Of a stretch of DNA of 64,000 bases, positions 27,538 to 41,710 are shown in pieces; the stretch's first letter is position 1, and the number at the start of each line of letters is the position of its first letter. The DNA comes from Octopus vulgaris (lineage: Eukaryota), in assembly GCA_951406725.2 (NCBI GenBank), contig OX597826.1, positions 59,582,001-59,646,000 of the forward strand, given 5' to 3'. The notes below the pieces were generated by a model that searched no databases, was not told the origin of the DNA, and saw nothing but the letters and a program-made list of their open reading frames with translations. The position numbers and the translations under genes were made by a program.

Positions 27538-28237
27538 CTGACATGAAATAGCACACCTAGACACCAAGTTCAAAACAAGGGACTGAACTCTAAGATTTAA
27601 ATTTCGCATTTTCAAAACAAAAACAAAAGTTAACTATCCAATTGATATCTAAATGAATCCAACAACAACGAAACTAAATGCCCAACAAAACTGCTTATTT
27701 TCCTTTGTGAACTCCTATGATCAGAAAATGACACACCTAAACATACACAATTACAAAACTACATGCTTGAATGAATTATAATCATTAGCATTTCCCCATA
27801 TTTAATGAATAGGAATTTTCCATTCCATTTTGGCACCACTGCCTACGATGCAGCATAATTCCCATTTAACAGAACTCAAGCTATTATAGAAAAATCTAAC
27901 TATACAGAGGCTATATAAAGCCAATAGTGATTTGAATGAATTACAGTCCAATGATGGCTTCGCTGTCCGAAGCACTGGAGTCACTATCATTTTTTGTTTC
28001 TTGCTAAAGAATAATAAAGTTGTACACTGCCAAATGTATTGAACTCTACTTCAATTTCATGTAAAAGAGTTTTATAATGTAAAAACAAGTAACAATACAC
28101 ACCGGCACACATGCGCGCACGCTCATACATTTAAAGAGAGAGAGAGAGAGAGAGAGAGAGTTAGGAAGCTATACAAACATATATATACGCATATATATAT
28201 TATATATTTACGTATAGTTATAGTGTATAGTCATCTA

Positions 28238-28291
<54 letters not shown>

Positions 28292-28383
28292 TACATATGT
28301 ACATATACATATATACATATGTAAATATATATGTACATATGTATATATTCATATTTATATATATATATGTACATATGTATATA

Positions 28384-28489
<106 letters not shown>

Positions 28490-28676
28490 TATAACTATAT
28501 ATACCGTGGCACAAGCATACACATACAACTACAGCAACACGTACAGATTCATACATGATGACACACACACACATACTTATATACTGGATGCTAAAATTTC
28601 AAATTTCTTTTAACTAGACGAAAGCAAAACTTGCTTTGATGATATAAACAAAAAGGGCTAAAATAGAATACCGCCG

Positions 28677-28748
28677 TATGTATGTACGTATGTATGTATG
28701 TATGTATATATGTATGTATGTATGTATGCATGTATGTATGTATGTATG

Positions 28749-28782
<34 letters not shown>

Positions 28783-28820
28783 TGTATGTATGTATGTATG
28801 TATGTATGTATGTATGTATG

Positions 28821-28852
<32 letters not shown>

Positions 28853-28914
28853 TGTATGTATGTATGTATGTATGTATGTATGTATGTATGTATGTATGTA
28901 TGTATGTATGTATG

Positions 28915-28946
<32 letters not shown>
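28677..28946. repeat. (TATG)n microsatellite
   Basis: Direct reading. Confidence 0.95.
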
Positions 28947-28947
<1 letters not shown>

Positions 28948-29079
28948 TTGCATATATATATATATATGTGAGAGTGAGTGTGTATGTGTGTGTGCATACA
29001 TATATGAATATGTATATGTACAAATATATATACACAAAGATGGATGTCTGTATGTATGTATATTCCTATATATATATAT

Positions 29080-29126
<47 letters not shown>

Positions 29127-29765
29127 CATATATATATACACGCTCACATATGTGTGTGTTTGTGTTTGAGTATATGTATGTATATAATGTAGATGATACG
29201 AATTAACATCAAAGTAAAAATGACACAAAGAAAACCGCATCAGGAAAAATCAGCAGCCACGTAGGCCATAACAGTAGCGAGAATGGTTGGCGTTATCAGC
29301 AGTAAGAAACATTATTAATAATATTAGCAGAAAACACTACTGTAACTACGCAAACATTCATAAAACGAAAAAAGAAATATGAGGAAAATAGAGACGAAAT
29401 CCAAGGAATTATTTAGTCCATAACAGCAGTAACAGAAACTTCAAACACCTGTTCTATGTGTGAACACACTGAGAGAGAGTTATATTAAGCAAAAACTTAC
29501 TCACTGAAGTGAAAGAGTTAATCAAACGAAAGTTTGAAAATAAATAAAACATAACAAGAAAGAAATACGTCAATGTATTGTCGCTTCTATTTCCATTTGA
29601 TCTCCAAATACTCTTTTATTTTTGCGAAAGACGTACCGTTTGAACGCTGAAAGTCAAGAATGAAACAGAAAAATAAAAAAAAAAATGCGAGAGAAAGACC
29701 CACAAAATGGCCCCCAAGCAGGGTCGATAGTTGCAAAGTAAGCTTGGAACATAAAGATAGATAGA

Positions 29766-29784
29766 ACTACTACTACTACTACTG

Positions 29785-29842
<58 letters not shown>

Positions 29843-29878
29843 CATCACCACCACCACCACCACCACCACCACCACCAT

Positions 29879-29953
<75 letters not shown>

Positions 29954-29970
29954 TACTTCTACTACTACTA
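29766..29970. repeat. (TAC)n/(CAC)n microsatellite
   Basis: Direct reading. Confidence 0.95.
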
Positions 29971-30198
29971 CAGCTTTTTTCTCTGTATTGTTTGACCTAA
30001 CCAATCAGTGGGTACTGGATTAAGTTTGGTAAAAGTTGGTTTTGCTGTTTTATATTCTTCCTTATTTTCGTCTGCCGTTGTTGTTTCTCCGCTATAGGTA
30101 GATGAGTAAATAAATGAATTCTACATCATTGTGTCAGGCTTGCTAAATGTCTACCTATATTCCTATACAGGTTTTGCAATAAACTATCCATTCCTTTT

Positions 30199-30279
<81 letters not shown>

Positions 30280-30885
30280 CTATTAATTGAACAATGCAAT
30301 CATTACATCAATTTAAATATAGGAATATCTTCAACAGCATGAATAAATAAATAAATAAATAAATAAATAGAATTAATTTAATCAGTCGGACACACTTGTA
30401 TGCTTTTACCTAAATCCTCTAAGAGGGTAAGACGGCAGACAAAGTCCATGCTGTATTCACTTCACCTGAGAAGCTACTAAGACAATAGGAAAAAATGTGA
30501 TAGAGATCTAGCTTGTCACTGATTTGGGGGTCGGTTTTAATTTATAGTCTTGTTTATCAAATCTTTGTATATCAAAATCTAAGACTAAAGAGCATTATCT
30601 GTTAGGAAAGGGCCTGAGGGAGTTGACAGAATCATAAGGGGTGTAGTCATAAAACTTGTCGTGATTTATTTGAAGTAGTATAAAGTAACTATAATGAGGT
30701 TTGGTAAAGGGAGATCTTAAATCAAAATGTTAGTCATCAGTTTAAGTGGCAAGATTCTAATGAAACCAATGATGATAATACAGGGAAAAGTTTATCATGG
30801 GGTACTATAGTTGAATCATTTCAACAATATTGTTATATTCCATAAAGATAAAATTTAGGGTTATCAAGAAAAATATTAAGAATAT

Positions 30886-30938
<53 letters not shown>

Positions 30939-30976
30939 TTGTGTGTATGCGTGTGTGTGTGTATGTGTGTGTATTG

Positions 30977-31024
<48 letters not shown>

Positions 31025-31379
31025 ACAAAAGAGGGGGTGTATTTCAACGCAGGAAAATACAGGCAAATTTGTGGTTGAAATGTACCTAAATTTGGTTTAC
31101 AATTTCTGTGATCCTCATTTCGCCGTGTGTGCGAAGTTTGGCTTGTAACGGTGTAACATACCGTTAGAAGCGAAAGTTCCTACACACGACGGAAAGAGGA
31201 TCAGAGAATATTGTAAGCCAAATCCCTATCTTTTACTATCTTGATTTCTCACTTTTTTCCTCTTAAATCAGTATAACTGAAACTTTGATGATGTTCATTC
31301 TTGTCCGTCAATACTAACACTAATGAGCATTGTACATTCAAGAAAATTAATGCATAGTTTTAATATTATTGACGGTTAC

Positions 31380-31518
31380 GAACATTTAAATTTGTCAACA
31401 ACGAAATTTTTGAAGATGTTTTTCTAATTCATAATTCTAAATTTATCTGTTATGAACATTTAAATTTGTTAACATCGAAACTTTTAAAGGCGTTTTTAAT
31501 TCATAATTCTGAATTTTT
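31380..31518. repeat. Tandem duplication, unit about 74 bp
   Basis: gaacatttaaatttgt.aaca.cgaaa.tttt...taattcataattct occurs twice. Confidence 0.8.
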
Positions 31519-31802
31519 ACCATTGATATACAAAAAATTTTGTTGGAACTTGTTTGGTATACATGTAGATAAATTTATTTTAAACTTGAAATTTTTATAT
31601 ATATTGATCGGTAGCTTCTAAAGCTTTTTTTTATTCTCTCTCTCTGTTTATTTTCTCGTGTTCCTTTCTGTTTAAGAGCGTAGCCTCGAAACTTAAAGGA
31701 CATTTTCACCTTCCCGAGCGTTAAAATATTACACATGTTTATTGTTTATACACGTGTCTTTCTGTCTTTCTCTTTTGTTTTTCTGTAAATCCCAACTATA
31801 TA

Positions 31803-31844
<42 letters not shown>

Positions 31845-31938
31845 AAAAACGAAGAAAACAAAGTCAACAAGACAACACAACCACGCAAGGATGAAGTGCA
31901 TTCACAGTATTAATGAGACGCTCAGAGAAAGTGTGATT

Positions 31939-31973
31939 GTTTAACGTTTCGAGCATAGTGCTTCTTCAAAAAC
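31939..31973 (-). ncRNA. Degenerate minimal hammerhead motif in a Penelope-like terminus
   Basis: Minus strand gttt-TTGAAGA-A-gcactatgctc-GAAA-CGTT-aaac; stem I gttt/aaac; core C mutated. Confidence 0.45.
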
Positions 31974-33339
31974 AGGAGACATAGAAAAGTTAAAAAGAAA
32001 CAAGGAGGAAAAACTTCGCCAACTGTCCACGTTTAGTTACCTATTTGAAATGACCGGAAGTAGATGGAGATAGGGAATGTGCTTTTTAGGACAGGAGAGT
32101 GTGAAGAATGGTTGGTATCTGTCTGTATGTGTGGGTGGGTGTGCGTTTGTGTATGGTGGCATGTGCGAGTGTGTGTGTGATAGCGTGTGTGTGTTGGCAT
32201 GCGTACGTAGACAGAGTGGGAAAGTGGGCCTGCGTCCCACTCTCTCTGTGTCACCCTCTCTCTCTCTCTGTATATGTATGTGTGTGTTCGTGCGTTCGTG
32301 TGTGCGAGTGGTGATGTGTATGTGTATGTGCGTGTGAGTGAGTGTGGAGATGTATGCATGTGTATGTATGCAGGTGTGCGCATGTATGTGTGTTGTGTAT
32401 GTGGAGGATTGTGTGCGTGGGGGCATATGAGCGTGCATGTGTGTGTGCATGTATGTGTGTTGTGTATGTGGAGGATTGTGCGCGTGGGGGCATATGAGCG
32501 TGCATGCGTGTGTGCGTGCGTGCGTATGTGTGAGAGGTTGTATGTGTGGAGGTATATGTGCGTTCATGTGCGTGCGAGTGTGTGTGCGTGAATGTATGTG
32601 TGCGTGCCTATGTACGTGTGTGCATTATGTGTGTGTTGTGTGTGTGGAGGTACATGGGCGTTCGTTTGTGTTTGCGTGCGTGTGCGTGAGCCTGTGTGTA
32701 TGCGTGCGTGAATGTGTGTATGTACGTCTGTGAGAGGGTGAGAGGTGTTGGGTGGAATGTGGCTGCGTTGTCTGAAGGGTGTGTGTAGCTGTGTGAACGG
32801 ATGAGGGTGGTTATGTGGGTGTTGGCATGAGTGCGTGGACGGAGTAGAAATGTGTACATGTGTGTGAGTGAGTATATTTTTGTGTGTCGTTCTGTCGCGC
32901 TCTCTCCCTGTGTATAGATGTTTGTGAATGTGTGTACCTATCTCTGTGTGTCACACTTTTACATGTGTATGTGTGGAAATTTATATATAAGTGTGTATAT
33001 GAGTGTGTGCCCTGTGTGCTCCTCGTGTGTGGAGGGTTGCGTGTGTTCGTGTGTGTGTGTGTGGAAGGTTGTGAGTACGTGCATGTATGTGTGTCGTGGG
33101 TGAGAGGGAGATGGGTGGTAGTATGTCGTGCGTGGTGTGTGGTATAGGAATAGGTGGTGAAAAATACATACAAATAATAAGTAGTACAAATAATACCATT
33201 AATATGTAGGGATTGGTAAGATAAATCCATAAAAGAAAACGAGTAGAGGAACAAATAAGAAATAAATAAATTAAAAAAAACAAAAATATCAAATGAAAAA
33301 TAAAAAGATGAAAAGCAGAATATAATAAAAATTAAATAT

Positions 33340-33747
33340 AGGCGCAGAAGTGGCTGTGTGGTAAGTAGCTTGCTAACCAGCCACATGGTTCCGGGTTCAG
33401 TCCCACTGCGTGGCATCTTGGGCAAGTGTCTTCTGCTATGGCCCCGGGCCGACCAATGCCTTGTGAGTGGATTTGGTAGACGGAAACTGAAAGAAGCCTG
33501 TCGTATATATGTATATATATATGTATGTTTGTGTGTCTGTGTTTGTCTCCCTAGCATTGCTTGACAACTGATGCTGGTGTGTTTACGTCCCCGTTACTTA
33601 GCGGTTTGGCAAAAGAGACTGATAGAATAAATACTACGCTTACAAAGAATAAGTCCTAGGCTCGATTTGCTCGACTAAAGGCGGTGCTCCAGCATGGCCG
33701 CAGTCAAATGACTGAAACAAGTAAAATAGTAAAAGAGTAAAAGAGTA
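33340..33747 (+). mobile_element. SINE family B, full length
   Basis: Consensus match. Confidence 0.92.
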
Positions 33748-35272
33748 ATAAATAATAAATAATATAATAATAAAATAAATAAAACTTGAATGATAAAATG
33801 GATAAAAAATAAAGAATAAAAAGATAAAAGCAAATAAATAAATACATAAAATAAAAGGATCAAAATAAACAAGTACAACAGTAACAAATAAACAAAAAAT
33901 CGATAAAAAAAATCAATAACAAATAATCGAATAAAAATAAAAGAATAAACGAAAAATAATCGATAAAGGTTATAAAAAAATCAATAAAAATAATTAATAA
34001 ATGAGTGAAATATATATATATAACTTACTTGGAAAAAGATGCATGGCGTTCGATCATAGAATAATATAAATAATATATAAATATATGTATATATACATAT
34101 ATGTACATACCTACATATATATGCATATATGGGTACAGGACATCAAAAAACGTTGAACACAATGATAAACGAAAACAAAAACAAAAAGCAGAAAACGAAC
34201 CTTTTTTCGAACAATGAGAAAAACCCCAGAGAAACGAGACATGCAACATAAAGAATATTCCCTTTCATCACTTGTTCCTGTTTCATCTACTCCGCGTTAC
34301 GAAGGCAAGGACAATACGCGACTTCGTTGAAACAGTACTTCCCACAAAGCAAATGAAATAAAATTTGGGATTTTTTGCGGAGGGTGAAAGTGGTAACAAG
34401 AACAGGACAGTGAGAACAAAACAGTAAAAACAGGCGGTGAGGGCTGTTAAGCTAAGACGATAGAAAAATTATTATGAACGCTATGGAAATGACGAGCTTA
34501 TGAGAGGAGACAGGTATAAGCACGTGTTGTCTTTAGGAAGGAAATGAGCAGAAAGATAGATTCCCTGAATGTATGTATAATATTTAATTTGTCTATATGT
34601 ATTCGCTGCACCTACACAATGCTCCCGTCATCTGTCATCTCTTAAATTTGTTTTCAATGATGTTCTTGTGGTGAACACTGGCATTTATCATTTTTCACCG
34701 TATATATATTCTACACATCCAGGATCATTTGATTTACTCTGTCCTTCAATCCGTTAACCAGTATTATGAAATTCGACGAAAATCTGGCTGGCATCTCAAG
34801 CGTTTAGAGGAACCGTATCGTGATTTCTTTAGTCATTGTATTTTCCAATTAATCCTTTTTTATCATGTAATGACGCAAAATATTTTTCGGCATTCTAATT
34901 GAGAGATAAAGCAGCGATTGCAATTCTTTGCCATCTAAGCTCAGCTTTCAATAGTTTTATCTTAAAACCGCTTAAGCTTTAGTTTGTCTGTTGTGAGATA
35001 TACCACAGATTATTTCTTTGATTCTATCAGATTCCATTTCATGTGCCATTCCTCCTTTCTCCTTTCAGTCTGTTTATCCAATTACACTTCCCTTCAAAAC
35101 CAAAATGTTTCATTTTCTTTGCAACTCCAAGAATGCTTTTCTTGACCACACTCTTTTATTAATAATCTTCCTTGTCACACATTGTCATATGTAGTTCCAT
35201 GCCAATTTTTCATTCCTTTTTCCATATTGACTTCAATCATAAGAAATGTTTCTATCTGTTATATTAATTCCA

Positions 35273-35630
35273 AAGGCGGTGAGCTGGCAGAAATGCTTAG
35301 CAGTATTTCGTCTGCCGTTACGTTCTGAGTTCAAATTCCGCCGAGGTCGACTCTGCCTTTCATCCTTTCGGGGTCATGCACTGGGTTCGATATAATCGAC
35401 TTCATCCGTCTGTCTATCCTTGTTTGTCTCCTTTGTGTTTAGCCCCTTGTGGGTAGTAAAGAAATAAGTATTTCGTCTGTCTCTATGTTCTGAGTTCAAA
35501 TTCGGCCGGGGTCGACTTTGCCTTTCATCCTTTAGGGGTCGATAAATTGAATACCAGTCGCGTACTGGGGTCGATCTAATCGACTGGACCCTCCCCCAAA
35601 ATTTCGAGCCTTGTGCCTGTAGTAGAAGAG
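35273..35630 (+). mobile_element. SINE family C, dimeric, second unit with alternative tail
   Basis: aaggcggtgagctggcagaa head; gtatttcgtctg unit repeated. Confidence 0.85.
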
Positions 35631-36602
35631 AATATTAGTTTGGCCGCGTCCCTCCATTCTAATTTAATCCACTCGAATTTCATAGTTTTCTTTTATTTTT
35701 AACTATTTGTCTAACTTCTTGTTGATTATTCGCTCCCCAACCCCTTCTCTGTCTCTGTAACGTACCTTCTTTGTGTAAACCAACTTGATTAAATAAAAAT
35801 TCGGTTATATTAACACCAAATAATTCATGTAGCATCTATTTAAGGTTCTCTATTTATCAAATGGTAAAATCTACCTTCCTAAATCTACATCATTTATAGT
35901 ACACCTGATGAACTCTTTCGGTTTATCTTTCTTTAATGCTAATATAGCCATTGTATATTATTTTAGATAAAAAGAACATTTCGTCATTGTTAAGTGATAT
36001 ATACTTATATTTATTTTTACATTAAGCTTAAACATACTCATCTCCAATAGATTTTAATTTAGATTAGAATGTATCATAGAAAAATCATACACAAGCATTG
36101 ACTTAAGTCGTAAGGTGCAAAACAAGTTATCCTAAGAATTCTGAGCAACATCTGATACACCACATGAAACTCACTCCGGAACTCTTGTAATTGGCATTAC
36201 AATACCAAACAAAATTCTTCCTTATAAATTTCAATGCACTAATAACTAAAATCGTTATTGCTTTACTTGTATTTTTAGTATCCCTTGCTATGAATCTAAT
36301 TTTATGTGCTGTGGTATATATTTTCGGTAACCGAAAACGCTGAGTTATACAATTTTTCCCTTTTATGCATTTCATTCCCATCTAATTGTTTAATTTTAAT
36401 TGTTATTCTTTAATTTAAGGTCTTCAATGTTCGTATTAGCAAATTCATACGTGATATCATCATGGAAATTATACTCCTTATTTATTCCTAATTCCAGTGC
36501 TAATGTCATACTATAATATTTCTCACAAAAAATCATACCTAACGAAATTAAGTATGCTCGTCATTTTTTAAAGTTACTTCTTTTGACACACTCACACACG
36601 CA

Positions 36603-36655
<53 letters not shown>

Positions 36656-36738
36656 ACACACAATCACGCACTCTCTTTCTTGCGCGTAAATATATATATA
36701 TGTATATATTCATGTATGCATGTATATATGAATGAATG

Positions 36739-36800
36739 TACAAGGTGGTATCAAAATGTTACTGGACTAGTTCTGTAGCATGTCAACAGATGGCAGCACA
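36739..36800 (+). mobile_element. Possible solo mariner-like terminal repeat
   Basis: TAcaaggtggtatcaaaatgttactggact resembles mariner TIR starts; no partner end found. Confidence 0.3.
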
Positions 36801-37577
36801 TGGTTGAGTGGGCAATGAGAACTAGCAGTGACCTTCCCGAGGCAATGTGCCGATTGACATCACCGTGTTTACCACACATGTTGTAAAGTTTGTGTTTTTT
36901 GTGATCAGTCGCATGCTGTAGTCTGCGATTTTAGTCATGGAACATTACATCCTCGCATGTGACCCAATCTATCCAATATTGTGAAAAAGCTAATTCTGCT
37001 TGAAAATTACATGTATAACCATACTGCGGAATACTCCACCACATACACACGTCCATTCAATGAGTAGACAAGTAACCCAGTAGATTGAATAACTGGAAAA
37101 TTCATCGGCAAAACAGACGAAGATCCATTTAACGATTGCTTTCAGTTTTACATGAGTGTGCATATAATTGAGACGGTTTTAACCGTAGTACGTTTAGGTT
37201 TCATTATGTATTATCGCATTATTTACTTTTTCGATTTTGTCTTTATTCCCAGCGTTAATCCTGTGTCATTATTTCCCCACGCCACGACTTTTAGTAGTCG
37301 TTATCAACTCTCTGTTCTCTCATGTATGGATTTATGCATGTATGCAAATATGTACGTATCTGTCTGTCTGTCTATCTTTATAGACACACATCCATTTGTT
37401 TGTGTATTCGTCCTCTACCCTCTACCCTTTACACCTTCTCTCACGTTCTCTGTATCATTTCCCTTTTCTTTTCCTTTAGAAACATACTGAAAACAATCTT
37501 TTGCATTTTCTCCCATTTCCTATACCTTTCCCTTCTCACCACTCCCTCTCTCTTTCTCTCATATATATATATACCTT

Positions 37578-37612
<35 letters not shown>

Positions 37613-37719
37613 TGATAAAATTAATTAATTAATCAATTTCACCAAGTGTTCAGTATGTAAAAGGACCATTTAAGGCGAATTCAAAATATTACATTATATA
37701 ATTAGGGCTTAGTAAAATA

Positions 37720-37806
37720 AATTACTTTGCCACATATGAACTTAGTAGAAATGCTAAGAAAATTTTTTTTGGCTGCTATTTCTACTAAGTTCAGTATGTG
37801 GCAAAG

Positions 37807-37811
<5 letters not shown>
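37720..37811. repeat. Inverted repeat with arms of about 34 bp
   Basis: aattactttgccacatatgaacttagtagaaat pairs with atttctactaagttcagtatgtggcaaagtaatt. Confidence 0.9.
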
Positions 37812-37865
<54 letters not shown>

Positions 37866-37896
37866 CCGCGTGTGTATATGGATCTTTCCTTTTCCT

Positions 37897-37923
37897 ATGA
37901 CGAAGAGCTCCGCTCGAAACGTA
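37897..37923 (+). ncRNA. Degenerate minimal hammerhead motif
   Basis: aTGACGA-A-GAGC-tcc-GCTC-GAAA-CGTA; perfect stem II; core C replaced by A. Confidence 0.5.
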
Positions 37924-38036
37924 AAACCCTCCTTCTTCACTTCCTTCCTAGTGTATAATATATATATTTGTTCCACGTCCTCGCGTTGTTGTGTTTTCTC
38001 ATTGTGTTTTATATGTTTGGATTAACTTTATATATA

Positions 38037-38081
<45 letters not shown>

Positions 38082-38300
38082 ATATATACCTCCCATATCT
38101 ATGTAAAGAGATACACACGTACATAAACACGTACACAGATATGTCCATATATAAATATATGCATTTGTCATTTGTTTTCCATAATCATAGTTATATTTTC
38201 ACAATTTTTTCCGTTTAAACACATACAAAAGCATATGCATTTATTCTTCTCTTGGTCTGTAATGCCTAACTAACACATACGCACTCACACTCATTCTCTG

Positions 38301-38338
<38 letters not shown>

Positions 38339-38572
38339 CCTTTGATTTTCTCTCCCTCTTTGATTTTTTTACTCTCTTTGATTTTCTCACTCTTTCTCCT
38401 CTTAATTAGCCTTACTCGGCGAATGGTGTAACGATGATGCGGAAATAGTCGTACTATAGTTATCTCTACCTAGGCAAATATAAAACAGAATAATGGTTTT
38501 GTACCCTCTGATATTCTGTTGCACAAAAATACAGTCAAGAAGCAACAAATCAGTGAAATTACATCCATACAT

Positions 38573-38958
38573 GGGAAGCACTCCGTCGGTTACGACGACG
38601 AGGGTTCCGGTTGATCCGAATCAACGGAACAGCCTGCTCGTGAAATTAACGTGTAAGTGGCTGAGCACTCCACAGACACGTGTACCCTTAACGTAGTTCT
38701 CGGGGATATTCAGCGTGACACAGGGAGTGACAAGGCCGGCCCCTTGAAATACAGGTACAACAGAAACAGGAAGTAAGAGTGAGAGAAAGTTGTGGTGAAA
38801 GAGTACAGCAGGGATCACCACCATCCCCTGCCGGAGCCTCGTGGAGCTTTTAGGTGTTTTCGCTCAATAAACACTCACAACGCCCGGTCTGGGAATCGAA
38901 ACCGCGATCCTATGACCGCGAGTCCGCTGCCCTAACCACTGGGCCATTGCGCCTCCAC
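38573..38958 (-). mobile_element. SINE family A, full length
   Basis: 12-bp TSD acatccatacat at 38561 and 38959. Confidence 0.93.
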
Positions 38959-39287
38959 ACATCCATACATACACTTGTTGATGACGCGGCTTTTGCACGG
39001 AAATTTAAATTTTATCAACGCGAGAGTATAAATGTATGAGGCGAATAGTATTACAGTAATAAAAAAAGAACTATTATGTACATCAATATTTACAACAAAA
39101 CATTTTGTCGTCCTTGTGATGCGTGTGACATTATTCTCCAGCATTTCGCGTCACTGATTTCGATTTCTTACCTTTGTTAAATTTTAACACAAAATATAGA
39201 AAATACAAACTAAATGCTTTCTTTTTAATAAAACCATTTACTGTTCCCGAAATTCCACCGCTTTTAGCGTAAGATATATTGAATAAT

Positions 39288-39591
39288 GTGGAGGCGCAAT
39301 GGCCTAGTTGTTAGGGCAGCGGAGTTGCGGTCGTAGGATCGCGGTTTCGATTCCCAGGCCGAGCGTTGTGAGTGTTTGTTGAGCGAAAACACATAAAGCT
39401 CCACGAGACTCCGGCAGGAGAGTGGTGGGGATCCTTGCTGTACTTTTTCGCCACAACTTTCTCTCACTCTTTCTTCTGTTGGCCTGCTCGCTTACCCAAC
39501 GTCATTTCAAGGCTTAAACAATGCGAAGCGCATTATGACCAGCGATGTGTAGCAACATCTGCTAGCCTGGTTGGTCACGATGATCACGGCG
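39288..39591 (+). mobile_element. SINE with family A head and tail type 2
   Basis: Homologous to 22905-23216; TSD atattgaataat at 39276 and 39592. Confidence 0.88.
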
Positions 39592-39855
39592 ATATTGAAT
39601 AATATATTCTTTTGTGATTCTAAATTGCAAGGTCGGTGAACTAGTTGAATCATTAGTGCGACGGACAAAAATACTTAGAGGGATTTCATTCAACTTTACG
39701 TTCAAATTTCGCCGAGGTCTAATTTACGTTTCAGCCTTTTTGGATCGATAAATCCATTCACAAGATTTTGGTAGAAGATACTTGCCAAAGGTGTCACGCA
39801 GTGGAACTGAATCTGGAACCTTGTGGTTGGGAAGCAAGCTTCTTACCAGTCACTC

Positions 39856-39920
<65 letters not shown>

Positions 39921-39981
39921 AGTATGTATGTATGTATGTATGTATGTATCCTTTATGATAATAATTACTAAGTTTCTTAAT

Positions 39982-40401
39982 TCTTTCGAATTTACTGGAG
40001 TGCCTTCTCAAAAAACTGACACAGAAAAAAAGAGTTCCAAATCATACTCTTGAGAAATCTGGATTCCCCCAAAGCTGTGTAATGGAACAAGGCTGATTGT
40101 TAGGCAAATGCATCCACATCTTTTGGAAACAACAATCTTCAATGGACAAGGAATGGGACAAAATGTGTTTATTTCAATAATTCCTCTGATTCCAGCAGAG
40201 TCCCCCTTGAATTCAAGAGACTTCAATTTCCAGTAAGAGTTAGTTTTGCGATGTCAATTAAGCAGAGTGAAGGACAATCACTTAAAATTGCTGAACTTCA
40301 CCTCATGCAGCGCTGCTTTCCCCATGGACAGGTCTATGCTGGTTGTACCAGAGTTGGAAATGGTAACAATCTCTTCATATTCCCACCAAACGGTAAAACC
40401 A
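39982..40401 (+). pseudogene. Helitron PIF1-like helicase fragment
   Basis: IILLRNLDSPKLCNGTRLIV...RLQFPVRVSFAMSIKQSEGQSLK...CFPHGQVYAGCTRVG, with frameshifts. Confidence 0.85.
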
Positions 40402-41254
40402 AGCATTTTATTTTTCCGATCAAATATTTCTACAATCTCACCGTTATCAACCTAAGAAATATAGGTTTCCAATTTTGGCACAAAGGATGAACGATTAAGT
40501 CGACCTCGGCGGAACATAACGACGAACAAAAGACACTGGAAACCTTTTTCCCAGTGTGCTAACGATTTTTGTCAGCTCAACGCTCTCAACCTAAGAAATA
40601 TTTTATTGTTAAAATCATCTTGTAATATTCAAGTAATTTACCACCAATTCAAATTTTAAATGAGAAATAAATAAACGAAAAAAAATCGTATATATGTATG
40701 TTTGTGTGTGTGTGTGTGTATGTATGTGTGTGTGTGTGTATTCATGTATTCATGTATATATGTATATATATATGTATACATATATATATATATGTATGTA
40801 TATACATATAGATGTAAATAAATACATATTTATATATATATACATACCTACATAAACATACACATACATATACACACATCCATAGTGATCATTAAAGAAG
40901 CCAAACTGTTGACTTCTTACTTCAACTGTTGCTAAGATACCGAGAGAAGTTTCAAATAATTAATAAATCAATTAGGCAAACAGACACGAAATATGCGCTG
41001 CTGATCAATGTTTTTGTTATTTAACCTTAGTGTAGAACATCCAGAAAATATATCGGTTAAATGTACGTCTACGACCATGGCATCTTGTTGAGGGTAACAA
41101 GAACGACAATATATAATACAGTATGATATCGCAATTCGATTGTGATTTAGCTGCTATTTCTTAACAAAACTAGCAAGTGTGGAGTTATTAATTCGTTCCT
41201 CATTTCATTCAGCACTGGTTTGATATTTCACCACGTATGAACTACACGTTTTTA

Positions 41255-41635
41255 GGAAACGCAATGGCCCAGTGGTTAGGGTAGCGAATTCCGGTCATAG
41301 GATCGCGGTTTCGATTCCCAGACCAGGCGTTGTGAGTGTTTATTGAGCGAAATCACCTAAAGGTCCACGAGCTCCGGCAGGGGATGGTGGTGATCCCTGC
41401 TGTATTCTTTCACCACAACTTTCTCTCACTCTTACTTCCTGTTTCTGTTGTACCTGTATTTCAAAGGGCCGGCCTTGTCACTCTCTGTGTCACGCTGAAT
41501 ATTCCCGAGAACTACGTTAAGGGTACACGTGTCTGTGGAGTGCTCAGCCACTTACACGTTAATTTCACGAGCAGGCTGTTCCGTTGATTCGGATCAACCG
41601 GAACCCTCGTCGTCGTAACCGACGGAGTGCTTCCA
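41255..41635 (+). mobile_element. SINE family A, full length
   Basis: TSD ctacacgtttt at 41242 and 41639. Confidence 0.92.
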
Positions 41636-41710
41636 TCGCTACACGTTTTCCCTGCACAAATCAAACAAGAGTTCTAATACTCAACTTGGACAAAGCTGTA
41701 AAATACTAAC

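Noticed and set aside
29490-29520. Minus-strand cag|TGA|gtaagt as a 3-nt exon or recursive splice site
   Set aside because: Too short to distinguish from chance
32380-32506. Tandem repeat of about 67 bp, and other short repeats, as a CRISPR-like array
   Set aside because: Only two copies, no unique spacers, eukaryotic GT-rich context
34280-34340. Further hammerhead-like motif on the minus strand
   Set aside because: Both core segments are too degenerate to call
35650-36520. Possible ancient LINE remnant on the minus strand (KNTSKAITILVIS)
   Set aside because: Similarity to the Dong post-RT region is too weak to support by eye
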